A DNA stretch of 64,000 bases from the human T2T-CHM13v2.0 reference genome, Homo sapiens, in NCBI RefSeq assembly GCF_009914755.1, contig NC_060926.1. One strand, given 5' to 3'. The notes under the pieces were generated by a model. The model saw nothing but the letters and a program-made list of their open reading frames with translations, made no database searches and was not told the origin of the DNA. The position numbers and the translations under genes were made by a program. Shown here one piece after another: positions 1 through 58,023 of this stretch. How positions within the stretch are numbered: position 1 is the first letter of the stretch; every line of letters begins with the position of its first letter.

Positions 1-3000
1 AAAGTATACGTTATCTTTAATTACTATTTCCAAAATTAATTATACCAACATTTACTGAATGCCAAAGATGTACCAGGATTATACATAGATCTCAACAACA
101 AAAAACAGTAAAAATATAATAGCCTCAGTATTTTTAATAGAGGGAGAATTATTATTAGTTATAACATAGTTGGGGACTTGGTATAGAAATGTAATATTGT
201 AAGCATGAGACCACATCAGTGAATTAAAACAAACAAATTTTTTGCTGACATACAGTAAAATTTGGCAAGCATTTTAGATGAAAAGTAAAGGAAGAAAAAG
301 AGAATGTTTGGGTTATATATACTGAATGCAGCTTTATTCTTTTCCCTAGTGATGGAGGATTAGATTTCTACATAACATAGATAATTATTAATATTAATGA
401 TAGAAACAATTCATGAGGAAACCTAAAGAATGACATTTAGAAATCACCTTTTTGGGTCTTCTTCTGAAGGCATTACTTATATGACACCTGAATGGTAGAA
501 GAAAGCCTAAGGGTACTTTTTGGGCAGCAATTGCCACCCAGCCTTAACTCATTCCTTACTTTCATCTTCTATCTTTTAGCATGAACTATACCTATGTGAA
601 ATATTTGTCTTTGCTTTCAAGAGGAGAAGATGAAAATTAGTAAAATGACCAGAAGTCAGTGAGCATCAAATAACTATTTTGAAAACACCATAGTGTCAGC
701 ATTGTAACATGCTAATATCACATAATGAAGTACATTTCTATGCATTCACCAACTGTGTAGTGAGAACATTACTGTGTGGACAACAGTGGGCTATTTCAGT
801 GGGGATACAGCATGGAATTAGGCATTGTGTTTTCCAGATGTAACATTGAGAAGTTAAAATCTAGTACGGTAGATAAATACCTTTAGCAATTAAAAGGTAA
901 CACACAACAGTATACACCAAATGCAGTCAGTGGAAGCACAAGAAAATCAGTGATTAATTCTGATTTAGTACACACCATGGGTACTAGGAAGCAGTACCAG
1001 GATGTAAAAGGCAACGAGGAAGACATTTATGCACAAAGGACTGACAGAGAGGTGGGGAATCTAAGGTATTCCATATAGAGAGCGAGCCAGATGAGAGGAC
1101 TTTGAATGTGAATTGAGGAATTTGGGGAATGGTGTCACCCAATTAATGTTTAAGAAAGCCTTAACTATATTTCATAGGACAGGTAGAAGTAAGGAGAGAC
1201 TGGAGGCAGGCAGAACAAGTAGGAGGCAATAGCAGGTGATGATGGGATTTTTGTCTTGGGTGGCCATGCAATTTCATATAGTGTGAAGTTAATTCTAAAA
1301 ACCAATAGGTAACTATTTATTAGTTAGAGCCATTATTATTATTAGATACTATGTGATGAGGTAGAACTATTTTTAATTGGAGTATTATTTAAATAACTAG
1401 CCTGTAGGACCAGATGTGACTTGACAGTTGTGACTCCAAGATACACTAGGAAAATATGACAAAGGGAGAGAGGTTGAGACTCCAAGAAACTTAATATTTA
1501 AGGTTTTAAAATATTCGTAAGACTAACCACTGCTAGAAAAAACGTTGCATTAGATATCTACATTTTAGATAAGTTCCACCAATAATAAAACAAGTGAATT
1601 AAGAATTTGAAACATGGTTAAAATAAAAAATTATATGCAGTGTAAGATGAAAAAATTACTGTTTAATATTTTCAGAATTAAAAGAAATAATCAGGAGGAT
1701 GGGTGTGGGGTAGGAGAGCATATGCTTTTTTTTTCTACTATAACTTTTCCTCTCTTATCAAATTCACTATTTAATCATTTGGAAACATTCTGCTAAATAC
1801 TCAGTTGATTATCTGACTAAAGTAATTTCACTGAAGTGTGAACAAAGCTTAGTGACTTGTCTACTCTGTGCTAGCCACTGGTATAGGCTGGAGGTGCACT
1901 AGTGCAAGAAGCAGACCCAATACTCTGCCTGCATGAAGTTCACTTTCTAATGTGATGAAATAGATAATAAAAAAATCACTAGATGGTATGTTAAAAGGTA
2001 ATGAGTATTATGAAGAAAGAGCAGACCAAGGAGAAAGAGGGCTGGGGAACATACTGTAATTTTAAATGAGGCCATCAAGGCAGACCTCTCCGAGAAAATG
2101 ACATCTAAGCCAAGAGGAAGGAATCTTTAAATTTTGGATTTTTAATACAAAATTTGGCAAGTTTTTTTATTGAAATTTTAATTTTTATTGCTTAAAACAT
2201 CAGTGGAAAAGAAAGGGCAAATTCTTTGGTTAAAGCTTAATCTCTCAAGGGAAAAATATTTATCTTTGTATTTCCACGTATTTCAGTGACGCCTCAGTGA
2301 TATCCTTATTGAAGTTTTCTCTGTTTTGTAATCCATTCCCTTATCTAGCCTTTTACTAAACGAGAAGACTGGAGACATTCATCCATTTATCTACAGAGCC
2401 TAGCAAGGTGCTTGACACCTGGTAGGAGTTCAGTGTCTGAGACTTGAATGTCTAAATGGTCTTATTGGCATATACATTTTTATTAAACACATAGGGATCA
2501 TGTCATGATAAGGTCCTTTATTTTATAGAACTCACATTTATATAATCCTTTGGTTACTTTTCCTGACATTCTACAAGAATACACTCTTCTTTTCATTAAG
2601 ATTTCCTTTGTACTTCCCCTTTTCAAAGTAAGACGTGCTCTGGCAGTAGGCACTTAAATTATACTTAAATGTTATAATCTAATTCCTAGCCTGTGGACCT
2701 CTGTCAACGAGGACTGAGGATACTAAAATATCTTATGATAGTAACAAGGTGATTTCTTTTATACTCCTTGGAATGAAATAGCATTTGGGGAACTGTTAGT
2801 TAGAAGAAAGGATTCCAAATAATAGCTCTTTGTTCAGTGTTTGTCCATCAATTCATAGATAAGTCAATTGGCACTCATCATTTTAAATGCATCAGGGGCC
2901 AGTGTAGTTAGGAGATATATAGAGAGTACTTTAGGCAGTAAACAGAGGCTTTGTAACAATATAATGTGTAGTGGGAAAGAGGATTGGAAGATCTATAAAA

Positions 3001-4617
3001 ACTGCCAAAAGAACCAAAAATATAATTAAAGCAGCAAAAAGACATATTGAACACAATCTCAGGGACTATTTCACGCAATAGCAAATGTCTCTTCAACTAC
3101 AGAGATGGAAAGCAAAATAGAAAACTAGTTTCATGAAGGGAGTGAGAAAAATACCAAACAGAATTGTAGGAATAGGCTCACAAGTGTTGATTTTCTTATG
3201 CTAATTTTTACCCTTCTTTAAAATGATCAGAAAGTGTCTAACCCAGATATGGGATAATTTGAAATTCTCAGATGAGAAAAGAGAAAAGCAAAATAAAAAT
3301 ATAAACAAAGGTAATATTTTAAGCAAGCATGTCTCAGAGTAGCACAGATAAACTGATATGTAGAAAACTATTGAAATTTACAGTCTACACTCAAATTTTG
3401 CCAACTAAATACAGTTGGTTTAGGTTCTATCAAAGTTACATATTATCTAAATTTTTTTCTTTTTCTTTTCATTTTGTAAAAGCATGGAGGTTTACACACG
3501 ATTTCCTCAAGAACAAAAAAAAAATACTTCCAGTAGAAAATATTTTTCGATGGCAAATTTTCATTACTTAGACGAGAGGTTTCACCTAATAAAACACATC
3601 AGAGTTACCTGGGGAGTTTTCCTAATAAACACACTTCTATTCAGACCCATTAGCAGAGATATTTGCATAGCTTATAATAATCTTTAGAAATACACTGAAT
3701 ACTATCACTCTTACTTTCTAAAATCTTCAACTTCTGTCTTGAATTGTAATTAGACAAAAACTAGCAAATTAAAACAAAATTTAGAATCAGAATAGCACAT
3801 TATCAGAAGAAACATGCGAAGCTGATTTCCTGGATACAGAAGCAGAATTCAGACTTCTGTATTAAGATCATTTCTTCCATAGAAGTCTGGTTTCACTCAT
3901 AATAAATAATAAATAAATAAATTATTGTGGTTTCCTTTGTGCTGAGTAACTCTAAAGTATTTTTAAATTTAGTGAAGACAAACTCCAACTATTTAAAGTG
4001 TCAAGCTTGAGATTTCAAACACTGGGTCGAAGGAAATAGATAAATCTTTAACTCAAAGATAATTTGATAAGCCTAGTAAAGGACAAAATATTTTTGGCTA
4101 ATCTTGTCCAGGAACACACGCATATGCTCACTCACACACATACAAACACACATAAAATGTACAGTAGAGTACATTGTTCAATCTTTCTCAGAAATACAAA
4201 CTTGAAATTCACATATCGTACCTCTGATTTAAAAAAACTAATAAAATTATCTGTTGAGAGGAACATCTTAAACATATCCTATCAATTTTAATGGAAAACA
4301 CTAACATAGTTTTGTGTGTAAATGTAAGTTAATAGGTATACACACTCACACATAAACAAGACGTCGGAATATAGTATATTGGTTTAAAGGTAATCAAGAC
4401 ATTATTTTACATTGCAGAACACAATCATTCTAATGACAAGAGACTTGGGTGCTTTGGATCTAAAAGAGGCATCTTATTTCTACAGAGAGAATTATTATAG
4501 AAAAATAACGGGCTTTCTTCATTTTAACATTTGAAAAATTGAGTGCATGTTATAAAGCAAGAGGAACATAGAAACAAAGGTCTAGAAATCATTTATGGAG
4601 TTCCTGCTGCCTACTAA

Positions 4618-4621
<4 letters not shown>

Positions 4622-4656
<35 letters not shown>
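4622..4656 (+). repeat. (TG)n microsatellite
   Basis: About 14 perfect TG units. Confidence 0.95.
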
Positions 4657-4657
<1 letters not shown>

Positions 4658-5953
4658 ATGGGAGTGGAGGTGGGGTGGCAAGATTTAAAAGGATTAGGCA
4701 CTTTGGCCTCAGTCCTAAAACTGTAAGGGAAGTAAAATGAAGAATTAGTATTTTTTTTTGTCTTCGATGACTACACTTAAACCTTGCAGAAAGAATAGCA
4801 CAATGAACTCCTTTACTTCAGGAAATTCGACTCATGGCCAGACTTCTTTTCTCTATATGCCTGTCTATCCCCCTGACTGCTGATTACTTTGAAGGAAATC
4901 TCAGATATCATACTATTTTATCCTTGAATATTACAGTGTATATCTTTTAAAAGGCAACAACTTAAAAATGTAACTACAATCCTAAGAAGATCAATCTTAA
5001 AAAATTACTTAGTATAATCAAATATCAATTTATGATTCTAATTTCCTCAATTATTGCAGAGATGTTTTTCTTTATACTTTAATTTTTAAAAACCACATTC
5101 TAATTAGTTTGTCCTATAGAGTTTCTTAGAGAATCTGTATTTTGTCTCCTAAGGTGTAGTTGAAAACATTTCTCTCTCCCTTGAATTTTACGGAAATTGA
5201 GAGTTAGATTTAAATGGTTTCAACAACAGAATTTAGAGTATTTATAAGGAGTAGATGATGTCTGCTTCTTAAATGTTTTTCCAGTTGTCCCTCTTCTTAG
5301 CTAAGAATTTGGTAGACACTGGCTCAAAGATTATTATGGCAAAGTTATCAAATTCCGAATGCCATAGTATAGAGAAGGAAGTAGACATGGATATAATTAA
5401 CTCTAATAAAAAAGCAAAATACAATATACTTCTAGAATGTTCCACAGTGCTTGGTTTTGTGTCAGCATTAAGAGAGTGATAAAGTTTCAGTTTCTTCATG
5501 AACATAATTCTGGCATGGAAAGGGCAACCCTTGGGACAACTCCATCAAACACAAGAGCTCTGTGGAACACAGTTTGATAGATAATCTTGAAGATTCCTTC
5601 TGGCTCTAAATCTCAGAGTGATGATGAGCCGTATGGTACAATTCACAATGTTTTTGCAAACTCATGAACTTTCCTTAAAGCTATTCTTGAGCAAAGCTAG
5701 GGAATGATAAAGGGGAAAAGACAGATACATAACATTTCAGCTAAAGTGAAGTATTTCTGGCTTGTTAACAACTCTACAAGTAAACTTAGAATAGACAATG
5801 TATCTGCATGCTTCAGTTCCTCTTCCAAGAAAACAAAACAAAACATCTGCCAGTTACAAGAGCTATATATTTGAAGAAAAGTGACAAGTAATAGGAAAGC
5901 AACTGGAAATCTGGGCATTATGGTTTCATTAAATATACTGTGCCTTTATTTAA

Positions 5954-49276
<43,323 letters not shown>

Positions 49277-52200
49277 GTAAGGCAGTGCTGCTCTCATTCA
49301 TGCCAGACACCTTCAGTGCAATTTTTAAAGAGTCTTCTTCCTACTCTTAAGCATTTGGTCTACATTGTGATTCAATGAGGTAGATAGTGCCATTGTTGGA
49401 AAATAGTACCCGTAGCCAGAAGACAAATGGCAGGTTTTTTTTTTTTTAGATGTTTACCTTTAGAAATGTATCCATTAATCTTTTTAATCATCTTCTATTC
49501 CCACCCTTGTCATCAGACATAGTAATAAGGTCTTTTGAATGCACAAAATTGGTATACATTGATGAACGTGTATTATTTAATTATGAAGTATTATCTAGAT
49601 TTAAATTTTATTAATCAATTAAATGAATATTTGTTTTCTATAAATTTTCCTCTACATTCTGAAGTCTGTTTTCCCCTTTTAATATCAATCTATACATTGC
49701 TGTATATTGAGGAGAAAATGCATTCCTTTTGCGCTCTACTGTTTTTAAATTGGGACATTCAGTTCAGCATACAATTAAGCCACATTCAGGTTTCTCTTAA
49801 CAGACTCTTCACCTCTGACTAATTTACATTTTTATCTCCATCATGGCCAATTATTTTTAAACTTCATTTTATGTTGAGAATATTTTGATAATGTAGTCCT
49901 TAAAATCTACTTTTAAATTTTTCATGGGAAACTGCTGGGGCACCTTAGGCTGATGAAAGCATGGATCAGTTTTAAACATCTATCTTCAATAAGAGGAGCA
50001 TTTATTAGCAGATTAAGAAAGACAATATAGTCCTCTTGAACTTCTTCCCTCTGAAAGCACTCTGAAATACACTACTATTGGAAAGACGTCTTACCTGCAA
50101 ACTAGGGATGTGTTTAGAGAAGGAAAAATTTTGTTTGTATAAAAATTGTTCTCAAATGATTTGACAAAATGTAGATACTTTAATCACTTAAAATATCTTT
50201 GAGGACAGTGGAAAATCTCAAAACCTGGATTGCTCAACTATTTAGCAATTGCAACATATACTTGGGTTACTGTATTTGCCTGATCAATATGTGTACAAAC
50301 TAGGTAATAAAACACTTGCTTTTCTTTTTGAGAAAAATTAGGTTCTTTTTCATCTATTTAATTATTGCCCATGTCAAATGCTTGGTTTTGAAAACTGAGG
50401 AATTCTATCTGACAAAGATGAAACCAGCTATAGTTGCTTGTAAATCATCCTTTCTAGTGATCACATAAAATGAACAGTAGACAGCAAATAATTTAGGAAT
50501 TGAACCTATACATTTATCTTATAATTTTGCTGACTTAAGTTTCCCTTTCTTGGTTTATGATGCCAGCAGAACTTCTGTGTAAAATTATAGTCTGTTCTAC
50601 TGTTCTCAGTTTCAGGCAACTGATTTCAAATGCCTATGAAACCACTCCAATTAAGCCACATGGGGGTGCTAGAAACTTATAGTATGCCAGTCACAGCAGT
50701 GGAAAAGACCTGGGGTGGAAAATAGCAGATGTTATTGTGATTTAAATTTCCACTTGACATACGTTCTGATTTTTGGACAAATTCAATGTTTTAATTGAAT
50801 AGTTTTCGTTACAACCAGAAGGCAGGTTGAGATTCTAACTAAGCATAAATAAGGGTATATTGATAGTGAAAAAGGTCCTTGGAGGATTAAAACAACACAC
50901 TGTTACAGATCATTTATAATATTTTTCTGACTTCCACATTCTGTTGCATTTATTTGCCGACAATTTGACATTTTCAATCTCCATTTTCTGGCATAAATAT
51001 ATTTGTAAATAGGGATATTTTCTATTGTTCATAATGATCTACATTTAAAACTCTTTATGTAAAGCTTTATATCATTTCAAAAATTTCAAAAACTTACACT
51101 TAAAATCATCTCTACTGTATAAATTTGTTTTTGATCCAGGGAGGTTGAAGTGTCTATTATATAGCAAAAGCTAAAGTAAACCTGAAGTGGAACTCACAGA
51201 TGATCCACGGCGTTAGCAAACCTAAACCCTGAACTCATTATCTGAGTGTCACTTTATGGTTTAATTCCTTTCTTTTTGAAGTGTCATTGATGCACGCATA
51301 GCAATTTGATAATGATTGTTATTTAGCGGTATTAGATAAATAACAAGAATAGATGGCCACTAAAGCTACCTGTCTCCATCATTTTGTGGCACATAGGGGT
51401 CTGAAGTTGAAAGAATACGACAGCTGATGGAATGAATGTTAAGTATGTAAGGCCTTGAGTTTCCTTGCCCTATTTTAATTATACTCACCATTAGTCTGGG
51501 TCTGAGTCCTCTGCTTTTTCTCGGCCCCTCAATATCCAGGGAGGCTTAGTCATCAAGGTACGTACTGCTCCAACAGTAACAAGAGCTCCCTATTAATGAC
51601 CTATAGCTGACTTACATATTGCGAGTTTGGAGAGAGGCTGAGAAGATTAGTTGTTCTTTTTCATTTGTATTTATTTATGGTTTACTTTGAAGATCTCAAC
51701 TGCTTCTGTGTTAGAATGGCTGTCTTTAGCTGTAGGCCTAGGAGCTAGCGATTTATTTGGTGTGCGTTCAGAGAACTCCAAAATTCTCCTGCCTCAACAT
51801 CTATCTCTGCTGCCAATGTACCGCACTCCCTTTGTACTTTTCATAGAGATCCTTGAGAAGACAGGCAGTGGGGCTCTCACTTGGGAAAAGAGAAGTAAAT
51901 TAAGAGAAAAAATATAGAATGCTAGACGTGGGTTTTCTGGTTCCACCCTTGTGCATTGGAAGGAGCAGACTATGGAGCCAGAGATTGGTGCGCAGTCCTC
52001 CCCACTGTAGAATCAGACGTACATCACCTCTTTCATTTCTCCAGATTCATGTTCTTTCTCTTAATCTCTGCTTCTAGTTTTTTTGTGAAGCTTAATTTAT
52101 ATAAGTATAAATGACATCTGACATATTGTGAGGGCCCAAGAAAATTTTTCCTCTTTTCCCCTGAAAATAAAAATGCTACTTGTTGTAATAAAGGTTACTT

Positions 52201-52623
52201 TATGATTTTAGATATGTATTATATATTATGATTTTAGATATGTAGATATGATAGTTAAATATTTAAAGATTCATTTTCAGACTCACAATTTTTATTTGCT
52301 TTTATATTTTGCAATGTATCATTTCTTAATTTCCTTTATGATGCATCACTTATTTTAATATCAGACCTATTTTTTAAAGGAAGCAATTGATAGCTACGAT
52401 GCAAATGCTATTCTTATTAAAAGATAAATAGCTTTCCCTTATGCTAATGAATAAAAATTCCTACTCTACAGTTGTTAATCAATCTCGAGTTCTAAAGTCC
52501 GATAAACACATTTAATAGCAGAGGATGAGCATATCATTAAATTGATGGTCAGTCTCTGACTTGTGTTTACATATAGTCATCTGAAATGAAGTTCAGAATT
52601 TGAGTCCCAAATAGACTATACCC

Positions 52624-52840
52624 ACGCATGGACACAGGGAGGGGAACATCACACACCGGGGCCTGTTGGGGGGTGGGGGGCTAAGGGAGGGATAGCATTA
52701 GGAAAAATACCTAATGTAGATGACGGGTTGATGGGTGCAACAAATCACCATGGCACGTGTATACCTATGTAACAAGCCTGCATGTTCTGTACATGTATCC
52801 CAGAACTTAAAGTATAATATAAAAAAAGAAATATAAAAAC
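52624..52840 (+). mobile_element. L1PA (PA6-8-like) 3' UTR fragment
   Basis: ggacacagggaggggaacatcacacaccggggcc...gatagcattagga...catgtatcccagaacttaaagtataat followed by an A-rich tail. Confidence 0.9.
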
Positions 52841-53183
52841 AAGAACATAGTTTATGTTTGAAATGTAAACAATAAATGTGCTTATTTATGCAATAGCTTC
52901 AAACAATATATTTTAAGATAAAATACAATGGAAATTATTAAAAAAGATATACTCACATATTTAGTATATATAAATATTCACAGACTGAGATGGGGAAAAC
53001 AAAACAATGATTGTAACTAGGTAGATATTATGGAAATAACTGATGAGTTTTCCATGCCTGTGAGATAGTAGAAATTATAATCAGAAACCCTTCTCTTTGA
53101 AGGGGAGAGATAAACATGTTTCATGTTCATGATTACGTATGAAGTCTCATCTTTCTGCAGGGTGATGAGACAAGAGGGATAGG

Positions 53184-53615
53184 TGTATTAGGCCATTTTT
53201 GCATTGCTATGAAGAAATATCTGAGACTGGGTAGTTTATGAAGAGGTTTAATTGGCTCACAGTTCTGTAAACTTCACAGGAAGTGTGGTGCTAGCATCTG
53301 CTTGGCTTCTAGGGAGGCCTCAGAAATCTTACAATCATGGCGGAAGGCAAAAGGAAAGCAGCCGTGTCCTATGGAAAAAGCAGGAGCCAGCCAGAGAGAG
53401 GGAGTCGGTGGGGGAGGGGCCACATACTTTCAGACAACCAGATTATGCAAGAATTCACTCACTATTGCCAGGAGAGCACCAGGGGGATGGTGCTACATCA
53501 TTCATGAGAAATCTGCTCCCATTATCCAGTCACCTCCCACCAGTCCCCATCTCCAACACTGGGGATTAAATATCAATCTGAGATTTGGGCAGGGACAAAC
53601 ATAAAAACTATATCA
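53184..53615 (-). mobile_element. Solo MaLR LTR (MSTB-like)
   Basis: TG...CA termini; tgtattaggcc...gcattgctat..agaaata..tgagactggg...ttggctcacagttctg...gagatttgggcagggaca...tatca; 5-bp TSD atagg/acagg with one mismatch. Confidence 0.9.
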
Positions 53616-54599
53616 ACAGGTATCAGAATAATCAACTCAGCATCCTAGCTTTGAGTGCTTGCCCCCTCAGAACTCAGTATGCTGTCTCTAATACCTGAAT
53701 ATAGTAGCAATGGCAACCCTCACAAGACTTCTGAAGCAATATCTATTCTTACCAGCTTAGGTAATAACCATTATTTAGACAGCTTCAGCCAAAAAAAGAT
53801 CTCTTTCCTGTTTACGCTCACTGACTTTCTCCTTTTCCACTTAAACTGCTTATTGCTACCCAAGGGCATGGTAGGGAAGCTGACTGTTCTAGGCAGTTCC
53901 CCAAATTTATAGGCTGGTGTAGTAGCATTAACTGACCTAGGGTGATAACATATTTACAGTGGATTTCTTTAGGATTTGAGAAGTTTCTTTTTACTCAGTA
54001 CGATATAAGTTGTGTCATGTAGGATTCGAATACTTGTTATGTGTATGCTTTGGAATTTAGATGTTTAATGGTCACCAAAGGTCTTTTAACTTCACATTGT
54101 CAGATCACCCTGCAAGGAGTTTGAGGAAAATGAAGTCTATATAAATTTTTAGTGGAACCACAACATGTGCATAATCTCTGTCCATTAGCTTTCACTGCTA
54201 AGCTATTGATATTTTAGTCTATTTTTCCCATACTCACTCTCCCAATGCCGACGCTTTCACATATTGTGCTCTTCCCATGTAGTATTTTAATAAATACCAA
54301 AAGAAAAATATCCTTACTCCGATCTGTAAGAAATTATAAAAATCTCACCTATAGTTCTTTTTTCCATTAGTGCATAGATTCAATTTTGGTCATGTAAAGA
54401 TCTCCTGCCTGGAGAGAGGAAATGCAGGTACCATAAATCAAATAAAGATGTCAAATGTCTTCACCAACTAGGTTCTTCTGATATAGCCTATTCCTTATTG
54501 TAACCAAATAATGAATTTATAACTCTTAATACTGAAACTTGAATTTTGATTCAGTTTAATAATTCTGAATGCCTTCCAAGGGTAAGATAATAATCACAA

Positions 54600-54810
54600 A
54601 AATTTTTGGACTACATATTAAGCACTGTTCTAAGCACATTATTTTGTTTAATTCCTAACACAACATTAAGAAATCAGTGATTGTCCTAATTTTATTGATA
54701 GTAAACTGAGGCACTGAGAGATTCAGCAGTTTCCTCTACATCACATACTAATAAATAACAGAATTGGGATCAAGTCTAAGCAGGACTCCAGAACCCAGGA
54801 TACTTGCTAT
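54600..54810 (-). mobile_element. MIR SINE
   Basis: gcactgttctaagcac...ttaattcctaacacaac...attttattgat.gtaaactgaggcactgagag...catcacat. Confidence 0.6.
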
Positions 54811-57799
54811 TTAACCCCTTATATTTGATATATAATTATATTCTTATATACTTTTTACTTTAGTAAAAAGTAAACATTGTTTTTATGTACAATGTTGCTA
54901 TTTATGTGAGCAATATTGTGGATGAAGCTTAGAAAGAATACTTACATGTAAGTATATACCTACATACTTAAATATCAAATATAATATATTTATATTTGTG
55001 TATACCATAGATGACTGCTTAAAAATAATACATATATGTGTATGCTTATATACTTACATATCAAGTATATGGTATGTAAGTGTGCATGTAAATATATTAA
55101 ATATATGTAAACATAAGCATATATATACACACACAGAAACAGGTTTGCTTGGGGTATAGAAACAGATTTGTTTAGAGGTGTAGATAACATCTAGAGGAAA
55201 TAAGAAGTAAGACTACCTAAAATAGACAGCTTCAGTTTAGAAACAGTAGCCAATAAAGGGGTGATAGTCCTATCATGGTAGAATCAGCATATATAATGAA
55301 GGTTTCTACTATATTATTAATAAACAAGCACAGGTACAAATATCCTTCAGTTGGACTCCCCTTGCTATAAGTATGTAAGGAATTCAACTATAATAGAACT
55401 TGTGAGAAAGAACTATTTCAGGACTTTACACCCCCAAGCATTATTATTTATAATACCAATTTGGATTGGCAATTTTATATTGAAAGACAATCATGATACT
55501 TAAAAAAAAAAAAAGACACATGAACAGGCAAGAAAAAAAAAGTGAGAGTACAATTACCAGCTTTAAGCATCTGCTTATCCCTCTGGCTGTAACTGTTTTT
55601 AATTTTTTTATTTCCTTATTTTGTTTTTTTGGTTTCTTTAGCTATTTCTGACTGACATATCCAGCTTGGAGATTTTATTATACCTGCCTAAATTGTATAA
55701 TTTCGCTCTTTTACTGGCTAAAACTAAGCTGAATTAAGTTTTGAATCCTTGCTTCAAGTGATTATCTTAAAGAAGATGGCCAGCCTCTGCTTTTGCTATA
55801 CCATGTTAAATCATCAAAGTGAAGGTTTTCTACCATTTATGATGATTGCTTGTTCTTGTGCATTCCATTCATTTTGGGCAATTTTCCTTCAATGGTCCAT
55901 TTTGCTCTCTTGTTTTTATGTACAATGCCGCTATTTATGTTAGCAATGTTGTAGATGACTACTTAAAAAGAATCTATTTTCATTCATTTTACACGTTCAA
56001 AAGTAGGAGATATAACCATTGTGATACAATTTATACCATACGAGTATTGGAAGCTAAAATTTGTATTTGTTTCCCTATTGTTGACATAAACTTTACTATG
56101 GATTTATTTACAAATTATCCAGATATTGCTTTTGTCTAATATTCTGTAGGTTTCATGTGGTTTTTTTTTGCTATCTTCACTCTAATAACTTTAATATTCT
56201 CTTTCCTCTTTACTGCTTATAGTCAATATAGTTTTAAAAAAAAGAGTAAAGTGCACTTTTCAAGGGTCCAATTTCCATCCGAAATCACTATGTTCAATGT
56301 GATAAACTATGTCCATTGGTGAGTGGTGAAAAATCATAGGCGTGCCTATTGCTTAGGAAAACAATCTAGGACAACCCTGGTGAGTTCCACTTGGGCATTC
56401 AAGTGCTAAATTGAGCTCAGTAAAGTTGGCCATTTCCCTGCAGCCACAAACTTCTGGCAGATGTAATAATGCAGGTGTCACGTTAGCTGGAACACTCCCT
56501 TTGAATGTCCTCTCCTACACATGCTAACTTCTATTGACTTTTTATTTAACTTGCTCATGAGGCATGGCAAAAATCAGGCAAGAACGTTTTGTGCTTATGC
56601 TTGATTGAAGTTTCTGGGGGAAAAGTGTCACCTAAGAGTTGTTGGAACTTAGATATAAGAAACAGAAGGGTCAGTACTTTACTTTCTGATGACAATGTAT
56701 ATTTTCTGGTAGAAAAAAATCAACAACTTTCATCTTAAACTACTAAATATACAAGTAATTTAAAGAAAGATAATATAACATATAATCACATTATAATTTT
56801 TGTGATACTTTACTATGACATGTTTTTGTGATAGCATCTATTATTTTGGATATAGAAATGAGAATGGAGATGATTGAACACTTTAGTGGAACCCATTAAT
56901 TTGATTTGCAGAAAATGGTCTTATGTCTTCTCATATTACTACTAACTCACACGATATTCTAAGCCTCAGTTTCACCCTAGTAAAAACAAAACAAAAAGAA
57001 ACAACACAAACTCCCTTCTTATTTTACTGGTCAGTCATGCAGCTAGCTGAATATATACTATATGTGAAGTAACAAACTTTAAAGAAAAACAGTCTTACCA
57101 GTTATTACATATGACCATTCTATGCTTTCAGTCTTCATACTCCAAGCCATTTATATAATGAACCTCTTCAGGTGTACTAAAAAATGGGGCTTATATATAC
57201 AAGTACTTATTTCTTTGTAAGAGAAGAGTAATACCATGGGAAATTTTATAACTCTGTGAACTAATGCCAAAAATACATTTTATTTTTAATTTGCTTTTAT
57301 GTTCCATGTAATAAAAGGATATTTTAGGTGATGTCATAGGTTTGATAGGACTCCACTAATTTTTAAAGTAATAATTTATTGAGATAGATATAAAATTTTA
57401 CATCAAATATTTAATGTTCTGAGAGTCTTCATTTGTTATTTAAATAGTGTTTTCATAGTTTTGGCAAATGATTGTGCATTTTTGAATTTGTGAGAGAGTA
57501 CTTCCGAGTCTGGCATGGACAAGATGAATGTTTTGCTTAAAAGGTTTTCAGAGTAATATTCAGATGACTCATAAAGTGCCTATTATGTTTCTGTATATTA
57601 ATTATTGTATGTTTGCTAGTTCATAAGAATATACAACTTAAAAATTTTAAGTTGATTTAAAATAACACATACTCAGAATATGTGTATATATATCTATAAA
57701 TAGTCAATAATTAATACATTATTCCTGTGTTAATGTCTCTGAACTAAGCGTGATGGGATATATATTTACTTGATGGCATTTCTTTTTATTAGGAGCTGG

Positions 57800-58023
57800 T
57801 ATTAGACCAAATGGTATTTGTTCTTCTATTCAGTCATTATGTATTGGGTACCTACTATGTGTAAGGTTTTGTGCTAGTTCCAAAGCCATTTGTTGATGAA
57901 TAATCACTAGTTATTAGACCAAATGGTATTTGTTCTTCTATTCAGTCATTATTTATTGGGTATCTACTATGTGTAAGGCTTTGTGCTAGTTCCAAAGCCA
58001 TTTGTTGATGAATAATCACCAGT
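57800..58023 (+). repeat. Tandem duplication, 2 x 112 bp
   Basis: Copies at 57800-57911 and 57912-58023 differ at 4 positions by my count. Confidence 0.95.

Noticed and set aside
53252-53604. Overlapping ORFs of 105 and 100 aa
   Set aside because: They lie wholly within the MST LTR and show no protein family signature.
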